From: Eledone cirrhosa
Lineage: Eukaryota
Assembly (NCBI GenBank): GCA_964016885.1
Contig: OZ024743.1
Span: 337,714,001 to 337,778,000 of the forward strand
Direction of reading: 5' to 3'
Length of the DNA stretch: 64,000 nt
The translations under genes and the position numbers were made by a program. The notes beneath the pieces are model-generated. The model did no database searches and had not been told where the DNA came from. It was given only the letters and a program-made list of their open reading frames with translations. Of this stretch, positions 27,781-41,400 are shown piece by piece; within the stretch, counting starts at the first letter, position 1; the number at the start of each line of letters is the position of its first letter.

Positions 27781-29299
27781 TAATATACTCTGCCTGGTTA
27801 TTCTGTCTATTAAGTAGTTGAGGAGGTAGATGTAACAGTAATATACTCTGGCTGGTTATTCTGTCTATTAAGTAGTTGAGGAGGTAGATGTAACAGTAAT
27901 ATACTCTGGCTGGTTATTCTGTCCATGAAGTAGTTGAGGAGGTAGATGAAACAGTAATATACTCTGGCTGGTTATTCTGTCTATTAAGTAGTTGAGGAGG
28001 TAGATGTAACAGTAATATACTCTGGCTGGTTATTCTGTCCATGAATTAGTTGACGAGGTAGATGAAACAGTAATATACTCTGGCTGGTTATTCTGTCTAT
28101 TAAGTAGTTGAGGAGGTAGATGTAACAGTAATATACTCTGGCTTGTTATTCTGTCTATTAAGTAGTTGAGGAGGTAGATGTAACAGTAATATAATCTGGC
28201 TGGTTATTCTGTCTATTAAGTAGTTGAGGAGGTAGATGTAACAGTAATATACTCTGGCTTGTTATTCTGTCTATTAAGTAGTTGAGGAGGTAGATGTAAC
28301 AGTAATATACTCTGCCTGGTTATTCTGTCTATTAAGTAGTTGAGGAGGTAGATGAAACAGTAATATACTCTGGCTGGTTATTCTGTCCATGAAGTAGTTG
28401 AGGAGGTAGATGAAACAATAATATACTCTGGCTGGTTATTCTGTCTATTAAGTAGTTGAGGAGGTAGATGTAACAGTAATATAATCTGGCTGGTTATTCT
28501 GTCTATTACGTAGTTGAGGAGGTAGATGTAACAGTAATATACTCTGGCTGGTTATTCTGTCTATTAAGTAGTTGAGGAGGTAGATGTAACAGTAATATAC
28601 TCTGGCTGGTTATTCTGTCCATGAAGTAGTTGAGGAGGTAGATGAAACAGTAATATAATCTGGCTGGTTATTCTGTCTATTAAGTAGTTGAGGAGGTAGA
28701 TGTAACAGTAATATACTCTGGCTGGTTATTCTGTCTATTAAGTAGTTGAGGAGGTAGATGTAACAGTAATATACTCTGGCTGGTTATTCTGTCCATGAAG
28801 TAGTTGAGGAGGTAGATGAAACAGTAATATACTCTGGCTGGTTATTCTGTCTATTAAGTAGTTGAGGAGGTAGATGTAACAGTAATATACTCTGGCTGGT
28901 TATTCTGTCTATTAAGTAGTTGAGGAGGTAGATGTAACAGTAATATACTCTGGCTGGTTATTCTGTCCATGAAGTAGTTGAGGAGGTAGATGAAACAGTA
29001 ATATACTCTGGCTGGTTATTCTGTCTATTAAGTAGTTGAGGAGGTAGATGTAACAGTAATATACTCTGGCTGGTTATTCTGTCTATTAAGTAGTTGAGGA
29101 GGTAGATGTAACAGTAATATACTCTGGCTGATTATTATGTCCATTAAGTAGTTGAGGAGGTAGATGAAACAGTAATATACTCTGGCTGGTTATTCTGTCT
29201 ATTAAGTAGTTGAGGAGGTAGATGAAACAGTAATATACTCTGGCTGGTTATTCTGTCCATGAAGTAGTTGAGGAGGTAGATGAAACAGTAATATAATCT

Positions 29300-32200
29300 G
29301 GCTGGTTATTCTGTCTATTAAGTAGTTGAGGAGGTAGATGTAACAGTAATATACTCTGGCTGGTTATTCTGTCTATTAAGTAGTTGAGGAGGTAGATGTA
29401 ACAGTAATATATTCTGGCTGGTTATTCTGTCTATTAAGTAGTTGAGGAGGTAGATGAAACAGTAATATACTCTGGCTGGTTATTCTGTCTATTAAGTAGT
29501 TGAGGAGGTAGATGAAACAGTAATATACTCTGGCTGGTTATTCTGTCTATTAAGTAGTTGATGAGCTAGATGTAACAGTAATATACTCTGGCTGGTTATT
29601 CTGTCTATTAAGTAGTTGAGGAGGTAGATGAAACAGTAATATACTCTGGATGGTTATTCTATCTATTAAGTAGTTGAGGAGCTAGATGTAACAGTAATAT
29701 ACTCTGGCTGGTTATTCTGTCTATTAAGTAGTTGAGGAGGTAGATGTAACAGTAATATATTCTGGCTGGTTATTCTGTCTATTAAGTAGTTGAGGAGGTA
29801 GATGTAACAGTAATATACTCTGCCTGGTTATTCTGTCTATTAAGTAGTTGAGGAGGTAGATGTAACAGTAATATACTCTGGCTGGTTATTCTGTCTATTA
29901 AGTAGTTGAGGAGGTAGATGAAACAGTAATATACTCTGGCTGGTTATTCTGTCTATTAAGTAGTTGAGGAGGTAGATGTAACAGTAATATACTCTGGCTG
30001 GTTATTCTGTCTATTAAGTAGTTGAGGAGGTAGATGTAACAGTAATATACTCTGGCTGGTTATTCTGTCTATTAAGTAGTTGAGGAGGTAGATGTAACAG
30101 TAATATACTCTGGCTGGTTATTCTGTCTATTAAGTAGTTGAGGAGGTAGATGAAACAGTAATATACTCTGGCTGGTTATTCTGTCCATGAAGTAGTTGAG
30201 GAGGTAGATGAAACAGTAATATACTCTGCCTGGTTATTCTGTCTATTAAGTAGTTGAGGAGGTAGATGAAACAGTAATATACTCTGCCTGGTTATTCTGT
30301 CTATTAAATAGTTGAGGAGGTAGATGTAACAGTAATATACTCTGGCTGGTTATTCTGTCCATTAAGTAGTTGAGGAGGTAGATGAAACAGTAATATACTC
30401 TGCCTGGTTATTCTGTCTATTAAGTAGTTGAGGAGGTAGATGAAACAGTAATATACTCTGCCTGGTTATTCTGTCTATTAAGTAGTTGAGGAGGTAGATG
30501 TAACAGTAATATACTCTGGCTGATTATTATGTCCATTAAGTAGTTGAGGAGGTAGATGAAACAGTAATATACACTGCCTGGTTATTCTGTCTATTAAGTA
30601 GTTGAGGAGGTAGATGTAACAGTAATATACTCTGGCTGGTTATTCTGTCTATTAAGTAGTTGAGGAGGTAGATGTAACAGTAATATACTCTGGCTGGTTA
30701 GTCTGTCCATGAAGTAGTTGAGGAGGTAGATGAAACAGTAATATACTCTGGCTGGTTATTCTGTCTATTAAGTAGTTGAGGAGGTAGATGTAACAGTAAT
30801 ATACTCTGGCTGGTTATTCTGTCCATGAAGTAGTTGACGAGGTAGATGAAACAGTAATATACTCTGACTGGTTATTCTGTCTATTAAGTAGTTGAGGAGG
30901 TACATGTAACAGTAATATACTCTGGCTGGTTATTTTGTCCATGAAGTAGTTGACGAGGTAGATGAAACAGTAATATACTCTGGCTGGTTATTCGGTCTAT
31001 TAAGTAGTTGAGGAGGTAGATGAAACAGTAATATACTCTGGCTGGTTATTCTGTCTATTAAGTAGTTGAGGAGCTAGATGTAACAGTAATATACTCTGGC
31101 TGGTTATTCTGTCTATTAAGTAGTTGAGGAGGTAGATGAAACAGAAATATACTCTGCCTGGTTATTCTGTCTATTAAGTAGTTGAGCAGGTAGATGAAAC
31201 AGTAATATACTCTGCCTGGTTATTCTGTCTATTAAGTAGTTGAGGAGGTAGATTAAACAGTAATATATTCTGCCTGGTTATTCTGTCTATTAAGTAGTTG
31301 AGGAGGTAGATGTAACAGTAATATACTCTGGCTGGTTATTCTGTCTATTAAGTAGTTGAGGAGGTAGATGTAACAGTAATATATTCTGGCTGGTTATTCT
31401 GTCTATTAAGTAGTTGAGGAGGTAGATGAAACAGTAATATACTCTGGCTGGTTATTCTGTCTATTAAGTAGTTGAGGAGGTAGATGAAACAGTAATATAC
31501 TCTGGCTGGTTATTCTGTCTATTAAGTAGTTGATGAGCTAGATGTAACAGTAATATACTCTGGCTGGTTATTCTGTCTATTAAGTAGTTGAGGAGGTAGA
31601 TGAAACAGTAATATACTCTGGATGGTTATTCTATCTATTAAGTAGTTGAGGAGCTAGATGTAACAGTAATATACTCTGGCTGGTTATTCTGTCTATTAAG
31701 TAGTTGAGGAGGTAGATGTAACAGTAATATATTCTGGCTGGTTATTCTGTCTATTAAGTAGTTGAGGAGGTAGATGTAACAGTAATATACTCTGCCTGGT
31801 TATTCTGTCTATTAAGTAGTTGAGGAGGTAGATGTAACAGTAATATACTCTGGCTGGTTATTCTGTCTATTAAGTAGTTGAGGAGGTAGATGTAACAGTA
31901 ATATACTCTGGCTGGTTATTCTGTCCATGAAGTAGTTGAGGAGGTAGATGAAACAGTAATATACTCTGGCTGGTTATTCTGTCTATTAAGTAGTTGAGGA
32001 GGTAGATGTAACAGTAATATACTCTGGCTGGTTATTCTGTCTATTAAGTAGTTGAGGAGGTAGATGTAACAGTAATATACTCTGGCTGGTTATTCTGTCT
32101 ATTAAGTAGTTGAGGAGGTAGATGTAACAGTAATATACTCTGGCTGGTTATTCTGTCTATTAAGTAGTTGAGGAGGTAGATGAAACAGTAATATACTCTG

Positions 32201-33300
32201 GCTGGTTATTCTGTCCATGAAGTAGTTGAGGAGGTAGATGAAACAGTAATATACTCTGCCTGGTTATTCTGTCTATTAAGTAGTTGAGGAGGTAGATGAA
32301 ACAGTAATATACTCTGCCTGGTTATTCTGTCTATTAAATAGTTGAGGAGGTAGATGTAACAGTAATATACTCTGGCTGGTTATTCTGTCCATTAAGTAGT
32401 TGAGGAGGTAGATGAAACAGTAATATACTCTGCCTGGTTATTCTGTCTATTATTTAGTTGAGGAGGTAGATGAAACAGTAATATACTCTGCCTGGTTATT
32501 CTGTCTATTAAGTAGTTGAGGAGGTAGATGTAACAGTAATATACTCTGGCTGATTATTATGTCCATTAAGTAGTTGAGGAGGTAGATGAAACAGTAATAT
32601 ACACTGCCTGGTTATTCTGTCTATTAAGTAGTTGAGGAGGTAGATGTAACAGTAATATACTCTGGCTGGTTATTCTGTCTATTAAGTAGTTGAGGAGGTA
32701 GATGTAACAGTAATATACTCTGGCTGGTTAGTCTGTCCATGAAGTAGTTGAGGAGGTAGATGAAACAGTAATATACTCTGGCTGGTTATTCTGTCTATTA
32801 AGTAGTTGAGGAGGTAGATGTAACAGTAATATACTCTGGCTGGTTATTCTGTCCATGAAGTAGTTGACGAGGTAGATGAAACAGTAATATACTCTGGCTG
32901 GTTATTCTGTCTATTAAGTAGTTGAGGAGGTACATGTAACAGTAATATACTCTGGCTGGTTATTTTGTGCATGAAGTAGTTGACGAGGTAGATGAAACAG
33001 TAATATACTCTGGCTGGTTATTCGGTCTATTAAGTAGTTGAGGAGGTAGATGAAACAGTAATATACTCTGGCTGGTTATTCTGTCTATTAAGTAGTTGAG
33101 GAGCTAGATGTAACAGTAATATACTCTGGCTGGTTATTCTGTCTATTAAGTAGTTGAGGAGGTAGATGAAACAGAAATATACTCTGCCTGGTTATTCTGT
33201 CTATTAAGTAGTTGAGCAGGTAGATGAAACAGTAATATACTCTGCCTGGTTATTCTGTCTATTAAGTAGTTGAGGAGGTAGATGAAACAGTAATATACTC
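29300..33300. repeat. Tandem duplication of a 34/35-monomer (1972-2030 bp) block
   Basis: TGATGAGCTA at 29562/31534 (1972 bp). GTTAGTCTG at 30701/32731 and ACAGAAAT at 31145/33175 (2030 bp). The copies therefore differ by one whole monomer. Confidence 0.85.
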
Positions 33301-33649
33301 TGCCTGGTTATTCTGTCTATTAAGTAGTTGAGGAGATAGATGAAACAGTAATATACTCTGGCTGGTTATTCTGTCCATGAAGTAGTTGAGGAGGTAGATG
33401 AAACAGTAATATAATCTGGCTGGTTATTCTGTCTATTAAGTAGTTGAGGAGGTAGATGTAACAGTAATATACTCTGGCTGGTTATTCTGTCTATTAAGTA
33501 GTTGAGGAGGTAGATGTAACAGTAATATATTCTGGCTGGTTATTCTGTCTATTAAGTAGTTGAGGAGGTAGATGAAACAGTAATATACTCTGGCTGGTTA
33601 TTCTGTCTATTAAGTAGTTGAGGAGCTAGATGTAACAGTAATATACTCT

Positions 33650-35400
33650 GGCTGGTTATTCTGTCTATTAAGTAGTTGAGGAGGTAGATGAAACAGTAAT
33701 ATACTCTGGATGGTTATTCTGTCTATTAAGTAGTTGAGGAGGTAGATGTAACAGTAATATACTCTGGCTGGTTATTCTGTCTATTAAGTAGTTGAGGAGG
33801 TAGATGTAACAGTAATATACTCTGGATGGTTATTCTGTCTATTAAGTAGTTGAGGAGCTAGATGTAACAGTAATATACTCTGGCTGGTTATTCTGTCTAT
33901 TAAGTAGTTGAGGAGGTAGATGTAACAGTAATATATTCTGGCTGGTTATTCTGTCTATTAAGTAGTTGAGGAGGTAGATGTAACAGTAATATACTCTGCC
34001 TGGTTATTCTGTCTATTAAGTAGTTGAGGAGGTAGATGTAACAGTAATATACTCTGGCTGGTTATTCTGTCTATTAAGTAGTTGAGGAGGTAGATGTAAC
34101 AGTAATATACTCTGGCTGGTTATTCTGTCCATGAAGTAGTTGAGGAGGTAGATGAAACAGTAATATACTCTGGCTGGTTATTCTGTCTATTAAGTAGTTG
34201 AGGAGGTAGATGTAACAGTAATATACTCTGGCTGGTTATTCTGTCTATTAAGTAGTTGAGGAGGTAGATGTAACAGTAATATACTCTGGCTGGTTATTCT
34301 GTCTATTAAGTAGTTGAGGAGGTAGATGTAACAGTAATATACTCTGGCTGGTTATTCTGTCTATTAAGTAGTTGAGGAGGTAGATGTAACAGTAATATAC
34401 TCTGGCTGGTTATTCTGTCTATTAAGTAGTTGAGGAGGTAGATGAAACAGTAATATACTCTGGCTGGTTATTCTGTCCATGAAGTAGTTGAGGAGGTAGA
34501 TGAAACAGTAATATACTCTGCCTGGTTATTCTGTCTATTAAGTAGTTGAGGAGGTAGATGAAACAGTAATATACTCTGGATGGTTATTCTGTCTATTAAG
34601 TAGTTGAGGAGGTAGATGTAACAGTAATATACTCTGGCTGGTTATTCTGTCTATTAAGTAGTTGAGGAGGTAGATGTAACAGTAATATACTCTGGATGGT
34701 TATTCTGTCTATTAAGTAGTTGAGGAGCTAGATGTAACAGTAATATACTCTGGCTGGTTATTCTGTCTATTAAGTAGTTGAGGAGGTAGATGTAACAGTA
34801 ATATATTCTGGCTGGTTATTCTGTCTATTAAGTAGTTGAGGAGGTAGATGTAACAGTAATATACTCTGCCTGGTTATTCTGTCTATTAAGTAGTTGAGGA
34901 GGTAGATGTAACAGTAATATACTCTGGCTGGTTATTCTGTCTATTAAGTAGTTGAGGAGGTAGATGTAACAGTAATATACTCTGGCTGGTTATTCTGTCC
35001 ATGAAGTAGTTGAGGAGGTAGATGAAACAGTAATATACTCTGGCTGGTTATTCTGTCTATTAAGTAGTTGAGGAGGTAGATGTAACAGTAATATACTCTG
35101 GCTGGTTATTCTGTCTATTAAGTAGTTGAGGAGGTAGATGTAACAGTAATATACTCTGGCTGGTTATTCTGTCTATTAAGTAGTTGAGGAGGTAGATGTA
35201 ACAGTAATATACTCTGGCTGGTTATTCTGTCTATTAAGTAGTTGAGGAGGTAGATGTAACAGTAATATACTCTGGCTGGTTATTCTGTCTATTAAGTAGT
35301 TGAGGAGGTAGATGAAACAGTAATATACTCTGGCTGGTTATTCTGTCCATGAAGTAGTTGAGGAGGTAGATGAAACAGTAATATACTCTGCCTGGTTATT
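33650..35400. repeat. Tandem duplication of a 15-monomer (870 bp) block
   Basis: The paired TCTGGATGG markers at 33710 and 33826 recur at 34580 and 34696, followed by the same order of variants. Confidence 0.8.
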
Positions 35401-38400
35401 CTGTCTATTAAGTAGTTGAGGAGGTAGATGAAACAGTAATATACTCTGCCTGGTTATTCTGTCTATTAAATAGTTGAGGAGGTAGATGTAACAGTAATAT
35501 ACTCTGGCTGGTTATTCTGTCCATTAAGTAGTTGAGGAGGTAGATGAAACAGTAATATACTCTGCCTGGTTATTCTGTCTATTAAGTAGTTGAGGAGGTA
35601 GATGAAACAGTAATATACTCTGCCTGGTTATTCTGTCTATTAAGTAGTTGAGGAGGTAGATGTAACAGTAATATACTCTGGCTGATTATTATGTCCATTA
35701 AGTAGTTGAGGAGGTAGATGAAACAGTAATATACACTGCCTGGTTATTCTGTCTATTAAGTAGTTGAGGAGGTAGATGTAACAGTAATATACTCTGGCTG
35801 GTTATTCTGTCTATTAAGTAGTTGAGGAGGTAGATGTAACAGTAATATACTCTGGCTGGTTATTCTGTCCATGAAGTAGTTGAGGAGGTAGATGAAACAG
35901 TAATATACTCTTGCTGGTTATTCTGTCTATTAAGTAGTTGAGGAGGTAGATGTAACAGTAATATACTCTGGCTGGTTATTCTGTCCATGAAGTAGTTGAC
36001 GAGGTAGATGAAACAGTAATATACTCTGGCTGGTTATTCTGTCTATTAAGTAGTTGAGGAGGTACATGTAACAGTAATATACTCTGGCTGGTTATTTTGT
36101 CCATGAAGTAGTTGACGAGGTAGATGAAACAGTAATATACTCTGGCTGGTTATTCGGTCTATTAAGTAGTTGAGCAGGTAGATGAAACAGTAATATACTC
36201 TGGCTGGTTATTCTGTCTATTAAGTAGTTGAGGAGCTAGATGTAACAGTAATATACTCTGGCTGGTTATTCTGTCTATTAAGTAGTTGAGGAGGTAGATG
36301 AAACAGAAATATACTCTGCCTGGTTATTCTGTCTATTAAGTAGTTGAGCAGGTAGATGAAACAGTAATATACTCTGCCTGGTTATTCTGTCTATTAAGTA
36401 GTTGAGGAGGTAGATGAAACAGTAATATACACTGCCTGGTTATTCTGTCTATTAAGTAGTTGAGGAGGTAGATGAAACAGTAATATACTCTGCCTGGTTA
36501 TTCTGTCTATTAAGTAGTTGAGGAGGTAGATGAAACAGTAATATACTCTGCCTGGTTATTCTGTCTATTAAGTAGTTGAGGAGGTAGATGAAACAGTAAT
36601 ATACTCTGGCTGGTTATTCTGTCCATGAAGTAGTTGAGGAGGTAGATGAAACAGTAATATACTCTGCCTGGTTATTCTGTCTATTAAGTAGTTGAGGAGA
36701 TAGATGAAACAGTAATATACTCTGGCTGGTTATTCTGTCTATTAAGTAGTTGAGGAGGTAGATGAAACAGTAATATACTCTGGCTGGTTATTCTGTCCAT
36801 GAAGTAGTTGAGGAGGTAGATGAAACAGTAATATACTCTGCCTGGTTATTCTGTCTATTAAGTAGTTGAGGAGGTAGATGAAACAGTAATATACTCTGCC
36901 TGGTTATTCTGTCTATTAAGTAGTTGAGGAGGTAGATGTAACAGTAATATACTCTGGCTGATTATTATGTCCATTAAGTAGTTGAGGAGGTAGATGAAAC
37001 AGTAATATACACTGCCTGGTTATTCTGTCTATTAAGTAGTTGAGGAGGTAGATGTAACAGTAATATACTCTGGCTGGTTATTCTGTCTATTAAGTAGTTG
37101 AGGAGGTAGATGTAACAGTAATATACTCTGGCTGGTTATTCTGTCCATGAAGTAGTTGACGAGGTAGATGAAACAGTAATATACTCTGGCTGGTTATTGT
37201 GTCTATTAAGTAGTTGAGGAGGTAGATGTAACAGTAATATACTCTGGCTGGTTATTCTGTCCATGAAGTAGTTGACGAGGTAGATGAAACAGTAATATAC
37301 TCTGGCTGGTTATTCTGTCTATTAAGTAGTTGAGGAGGTACATGTAACAGTAATATACTCTGGCTGGTTATTTTGTCCATGAAGTAGTTGACGAGGTAGA
37401 TGAAACAGTAATATACTCTGGCTGGTTATTCGGTCTATTAAGTAGTTGAGGAGGTAGATGAAACAGTAATATACTCTGGCTGGTTATTCTGTCTATTAAG
37501 TAGTTGAGGAGCTAGATGTAACAGTAATATACTCTGGCTGGTTATTCTGTCTATTAAGTAGTTGAGGAGGTAGATGAAACAGAAATATACTCTGCCTGGT
37601 TATTCTGTCTATTAAGTAGTTGAGGAGGTAGATGAAACAGTAATATACTCTGCCTGGTTATTCTGTCTATTAAGTAGTTGAGGAGGTAGATGAAACAGTA
37701 ATATACTCTGCCTGGTTATTCTGTCTATTAAGTAGTTGAGGAGGTAGATGAAACAGTAATATACTCTGCCTGGTTATTCTGTCTATTAAGTAGTTGAGGA
37801 GGTAGATGAAACAGTAATATACTCTGCCTGGTTATTCTGTCTATTAAGTAGTTGAGGAGGTAGATGAAACAGTAATATACTCTGGCTGGTTATTCTGTCC
37901 ATGAAGTAGTTGAGGAGGTAGATGAAACAGTAATATACTCTGCCTGGTTATTCTGTCTATTAAGTAGTTGAGGAGCTAGATGAAACAGTAATATACTCTG
38001 GCTGGTTATTCTGTCTATTAAGTAGTTGAGGAGGTAGATGAAACAGTAATATACTCTGGCTGGTTATTCTGTCCATGAAGTAGTTGAGGAGGTCGATGAA
38101 ACAGTAATATACTCTGCCTGGTTATTCTGTCTATTAAGTAGTTGAGGAGGTAGATGAAACAGTAATATACTCTGCCTGGTTATTCTGTCTATTAAGTAGT
38201 TGAGGAGGTAGATGTAACAGTAATATACTCTGGCTGGTTATTCTGTCCATTAAGTAGTTGAGGAGGTAGATGAAACAGTAATATACTCTGCCTGGTTATT
38301 CTGTCTATTAAGTAGTTGAGGAGGTAGATGTAACAGTAATATACTCTGGCTGGTTATTCTGTCTATTAAGTAGTTGAGGAGGTAGATGTAACAGTAATAT

Positions 38401-41400
38401 ACTCTGGCTGGTTATTCTGTCCATGAAGTAGTTGAGGAGGTAGATGAAACAGTAATATACTCTGGCTGGTTATTCTGTCTATTAAGTAGTTGAGGAGGTA
38501 GATGTAACAGTAATATACTCTGGCTGGTTATTCTGTCCATGAAGTAGTTGACGAGGTAGATGAAACAGTAATATACTCTGGCTGGTTATTCTGTCTATTA
38601 AGTAGTTGAGGAGGTACATGTAACAGTAATATACTCTGGCTGGTTATTCTGTCCACGAAGTAGTTGACGAGGTAGATGAAACTGTAATATACTCTGGCTG
38701 GTTATTCGGTCTATTAAGTAGTGGAGGAGGTAGATGAAACAGTAATATACTCTGGCTGGTTATTCTGTCTATTAAGTAGTTGAGGAGCTAGATGTAACAG
38801 TAATATACTCTGGCTAGTTATTCTGTCTATTAAGTAGTTGAGGAGGTAGATGAAACAGAAATATACTCTGCCTGGTTATTCTGCCTATTAAGTAGTTGAG
38901 GAGGTAGATGAAACAGTAATATACTCTGCCTGGTTATTCTGTCTATTAAGTAGTTGAGGAGGTAGATGAAACAGTAATATACTCTGCCTGGTTATTCTGT
39001 CTATTAAGTAGTTGAGGAGGTAGATGAAACAGTAATATACTCTGCCTGGTTATTCTGTCTATATAGTAGTTGAGGAGGTAGATGAAACAGTAATATACTC
39101 TGCCTGGTTATTCTGTCTATTAAGTAGTTGAGGAGGTAGATGAAACAGTAATATACTCTGGCTGGTTATTCTGTCTATTAAGTAGTTGAGGAGGTAGATG
39201 TAACAGTAATATACTCTGGCTGTTTATTCTGTCCATGAAGTAGTTGAGGAGCTAGATGTAACAGTAATATACTCTGGCTGGTTATTCTGTCTATTAAGTA
39301 GTTGAGGAGGTAGATGAAACAGTAATATACTCTGGCTGGTTATTCTATCTATGATCTAGATGAGGAGGTAGATGAAACAGTAATATACTCTGGCTGGTTA
39401 TTCTGTCTATTAAGTAGTTGACGATGTAGATGTAACAGTAATATACTCTGGCTGGTTATTCTGTCCATGAAGTAGTTTAGGAGGTAGATGAAACAGTAAT
39501 ATACACTGGCTGGTTATTCTGTCCATGAAGTAGTTGAGGAGGTAGATGTAACAGTAATATACTCTGGCTGGTTATTCTGTCCATGAAGTAGTTGAGGAGG
39601 TAGATGAAACAGTAATATACTCTGGCTGGTTATTCTGTCTATTAAGTAGTTGAGGAGGTAGATGTAACAGTAATATACTCTGGCTGGTTATTCTGTCTAT
39701 TAAGTAGTTGAGGAGGTAGATGTAACAGTAATATACTCTGGCTGGTTATTCTGTCTATTAAGTAGTTGAGGAGGTAGATGTAACAGTAATATACTCTGGC
39801 TGGTTATTCTGTCTATTAAGTAGTTGAGGAGGTAGATGTAACAGTAATATACTCTGGCTGGTTATTCTGTCTATTAAGTAGTTGAGGAGGTAGATGAAAC
39901 AGTAATATACTCTGGCTGGTTATTCTGTCCATGAAGTAGTTGAGGAGGTAGATGAAACAGTAATATACTCTGCCTGGTTATTCTGTCTATTAAGTAGTTG
40001 AGGAGGTAGATGAAACAGTAATATACTCTGCCTGGTTATTCTGTCTATTAAATAGTTGAGGAGGTAGATGTAACAGTAATATACTCTGGCTGGTTATTCT
40101 GTCCATTAAGTAGTTGAGGAGGTAGATGAAACAGTAATATACTCTGCCTGGTTATTCTGTCTATTAAGTAGTTGAGGAGGTAGATGAAACAGTAATATAC
40201 TCTGCCTGGTTATTCTGTCTATTAAGTAGTTGAGGAGGTAGATGTAACAGTAATATACTCTGGCTGATTATTATGTCCATTAAGTAGTTGAGGAGGTAGA
40301 TGAAACAGTAATATACACTGCCTGGTTATTCTGTCTATTAAGTAGTTGAGGAGGTAGATGTAACAGTAATATACTCTGGCTGGTTATTCTGTCTATTAAG
40401 TAGTTGAGGAGGTAGATGTAACAGTAATATACTCTGGCTGGTTATTCTGTCCATGAAGTAGTTGAGGAGGTAGATGAAACAGTAATATACTCTTGCTGGT
40501 TATTCTGTCTATTAAGTAGTTGAGGAGGTAGATGTAACAGTAATATACTCTGGCTGGTTATTCTGTCCATGAAGTAGTTGACGAGGTAGATGAAACAGTA
40601 ATATACTCTGGCTGGTTATTCTGTCTATTAAGTAGTTGAGGAGGTACATGTAACAGTAATATACTCTGGCTGGTTATTTTGTCCATGAAGTAGTTGACGA
40701 GGTAGATGAAACAGTAATATACTCTGGCTGGTTATTCGGTCTATTAAGTAGTTGAGGAGGTAGATGAAACAGTAATATACTCTGGCTGGTTATTCTGTCT
40801 ATTAAGTAGTTGAGGAGCTAGATGTAACAGTAATATACTCTGGCTGGTTATTCTGTCTATTAAGTAGTTGAGGAGGTAGATGAAACAGAAATATACTCTG
40901 CCTGGTTATTCTGTCTATTAAGTAGTTGAGCAGGTAGATGAAACAGTAATATACTCTGCCTGGTTATTCTGTCTATTAAGTAGTTGAGGAGGTAGATGAA
41001 ACAGTAATATACACTGCCTGGTTATTCTGTCTATTAAGTAGTTGAGGAGGTAGATGAAACAGTAATATACTCTGCCTGGTTATTCTGTCTATTAAGTAGT
41101 TGAGGAGGTAGATGAAACAGTAATATACTCTGCCTGGTTATTCTGTCTATTAAGTAGTTGAGGAGGTAGATGAAACAGTAATATACTCTGGCTGGTTATT
41201 CTGTCCATGAAGTAGTTGAGGAGGTAGATGAAACAGTAATATACTCTGCCTGGTTATTCTGTCTATTAAGTAGTTGAGGAGATAGATGAAACAGTAATAT
41301 ACTCTGGCTGGTTATTCTGTCTATTAAGTAGTTGAGGAGGTAGATGAAACAGTAATATACTCTGGCTGGTTATTCTGTCCATGAAGTAGTTGAGGAGGTA

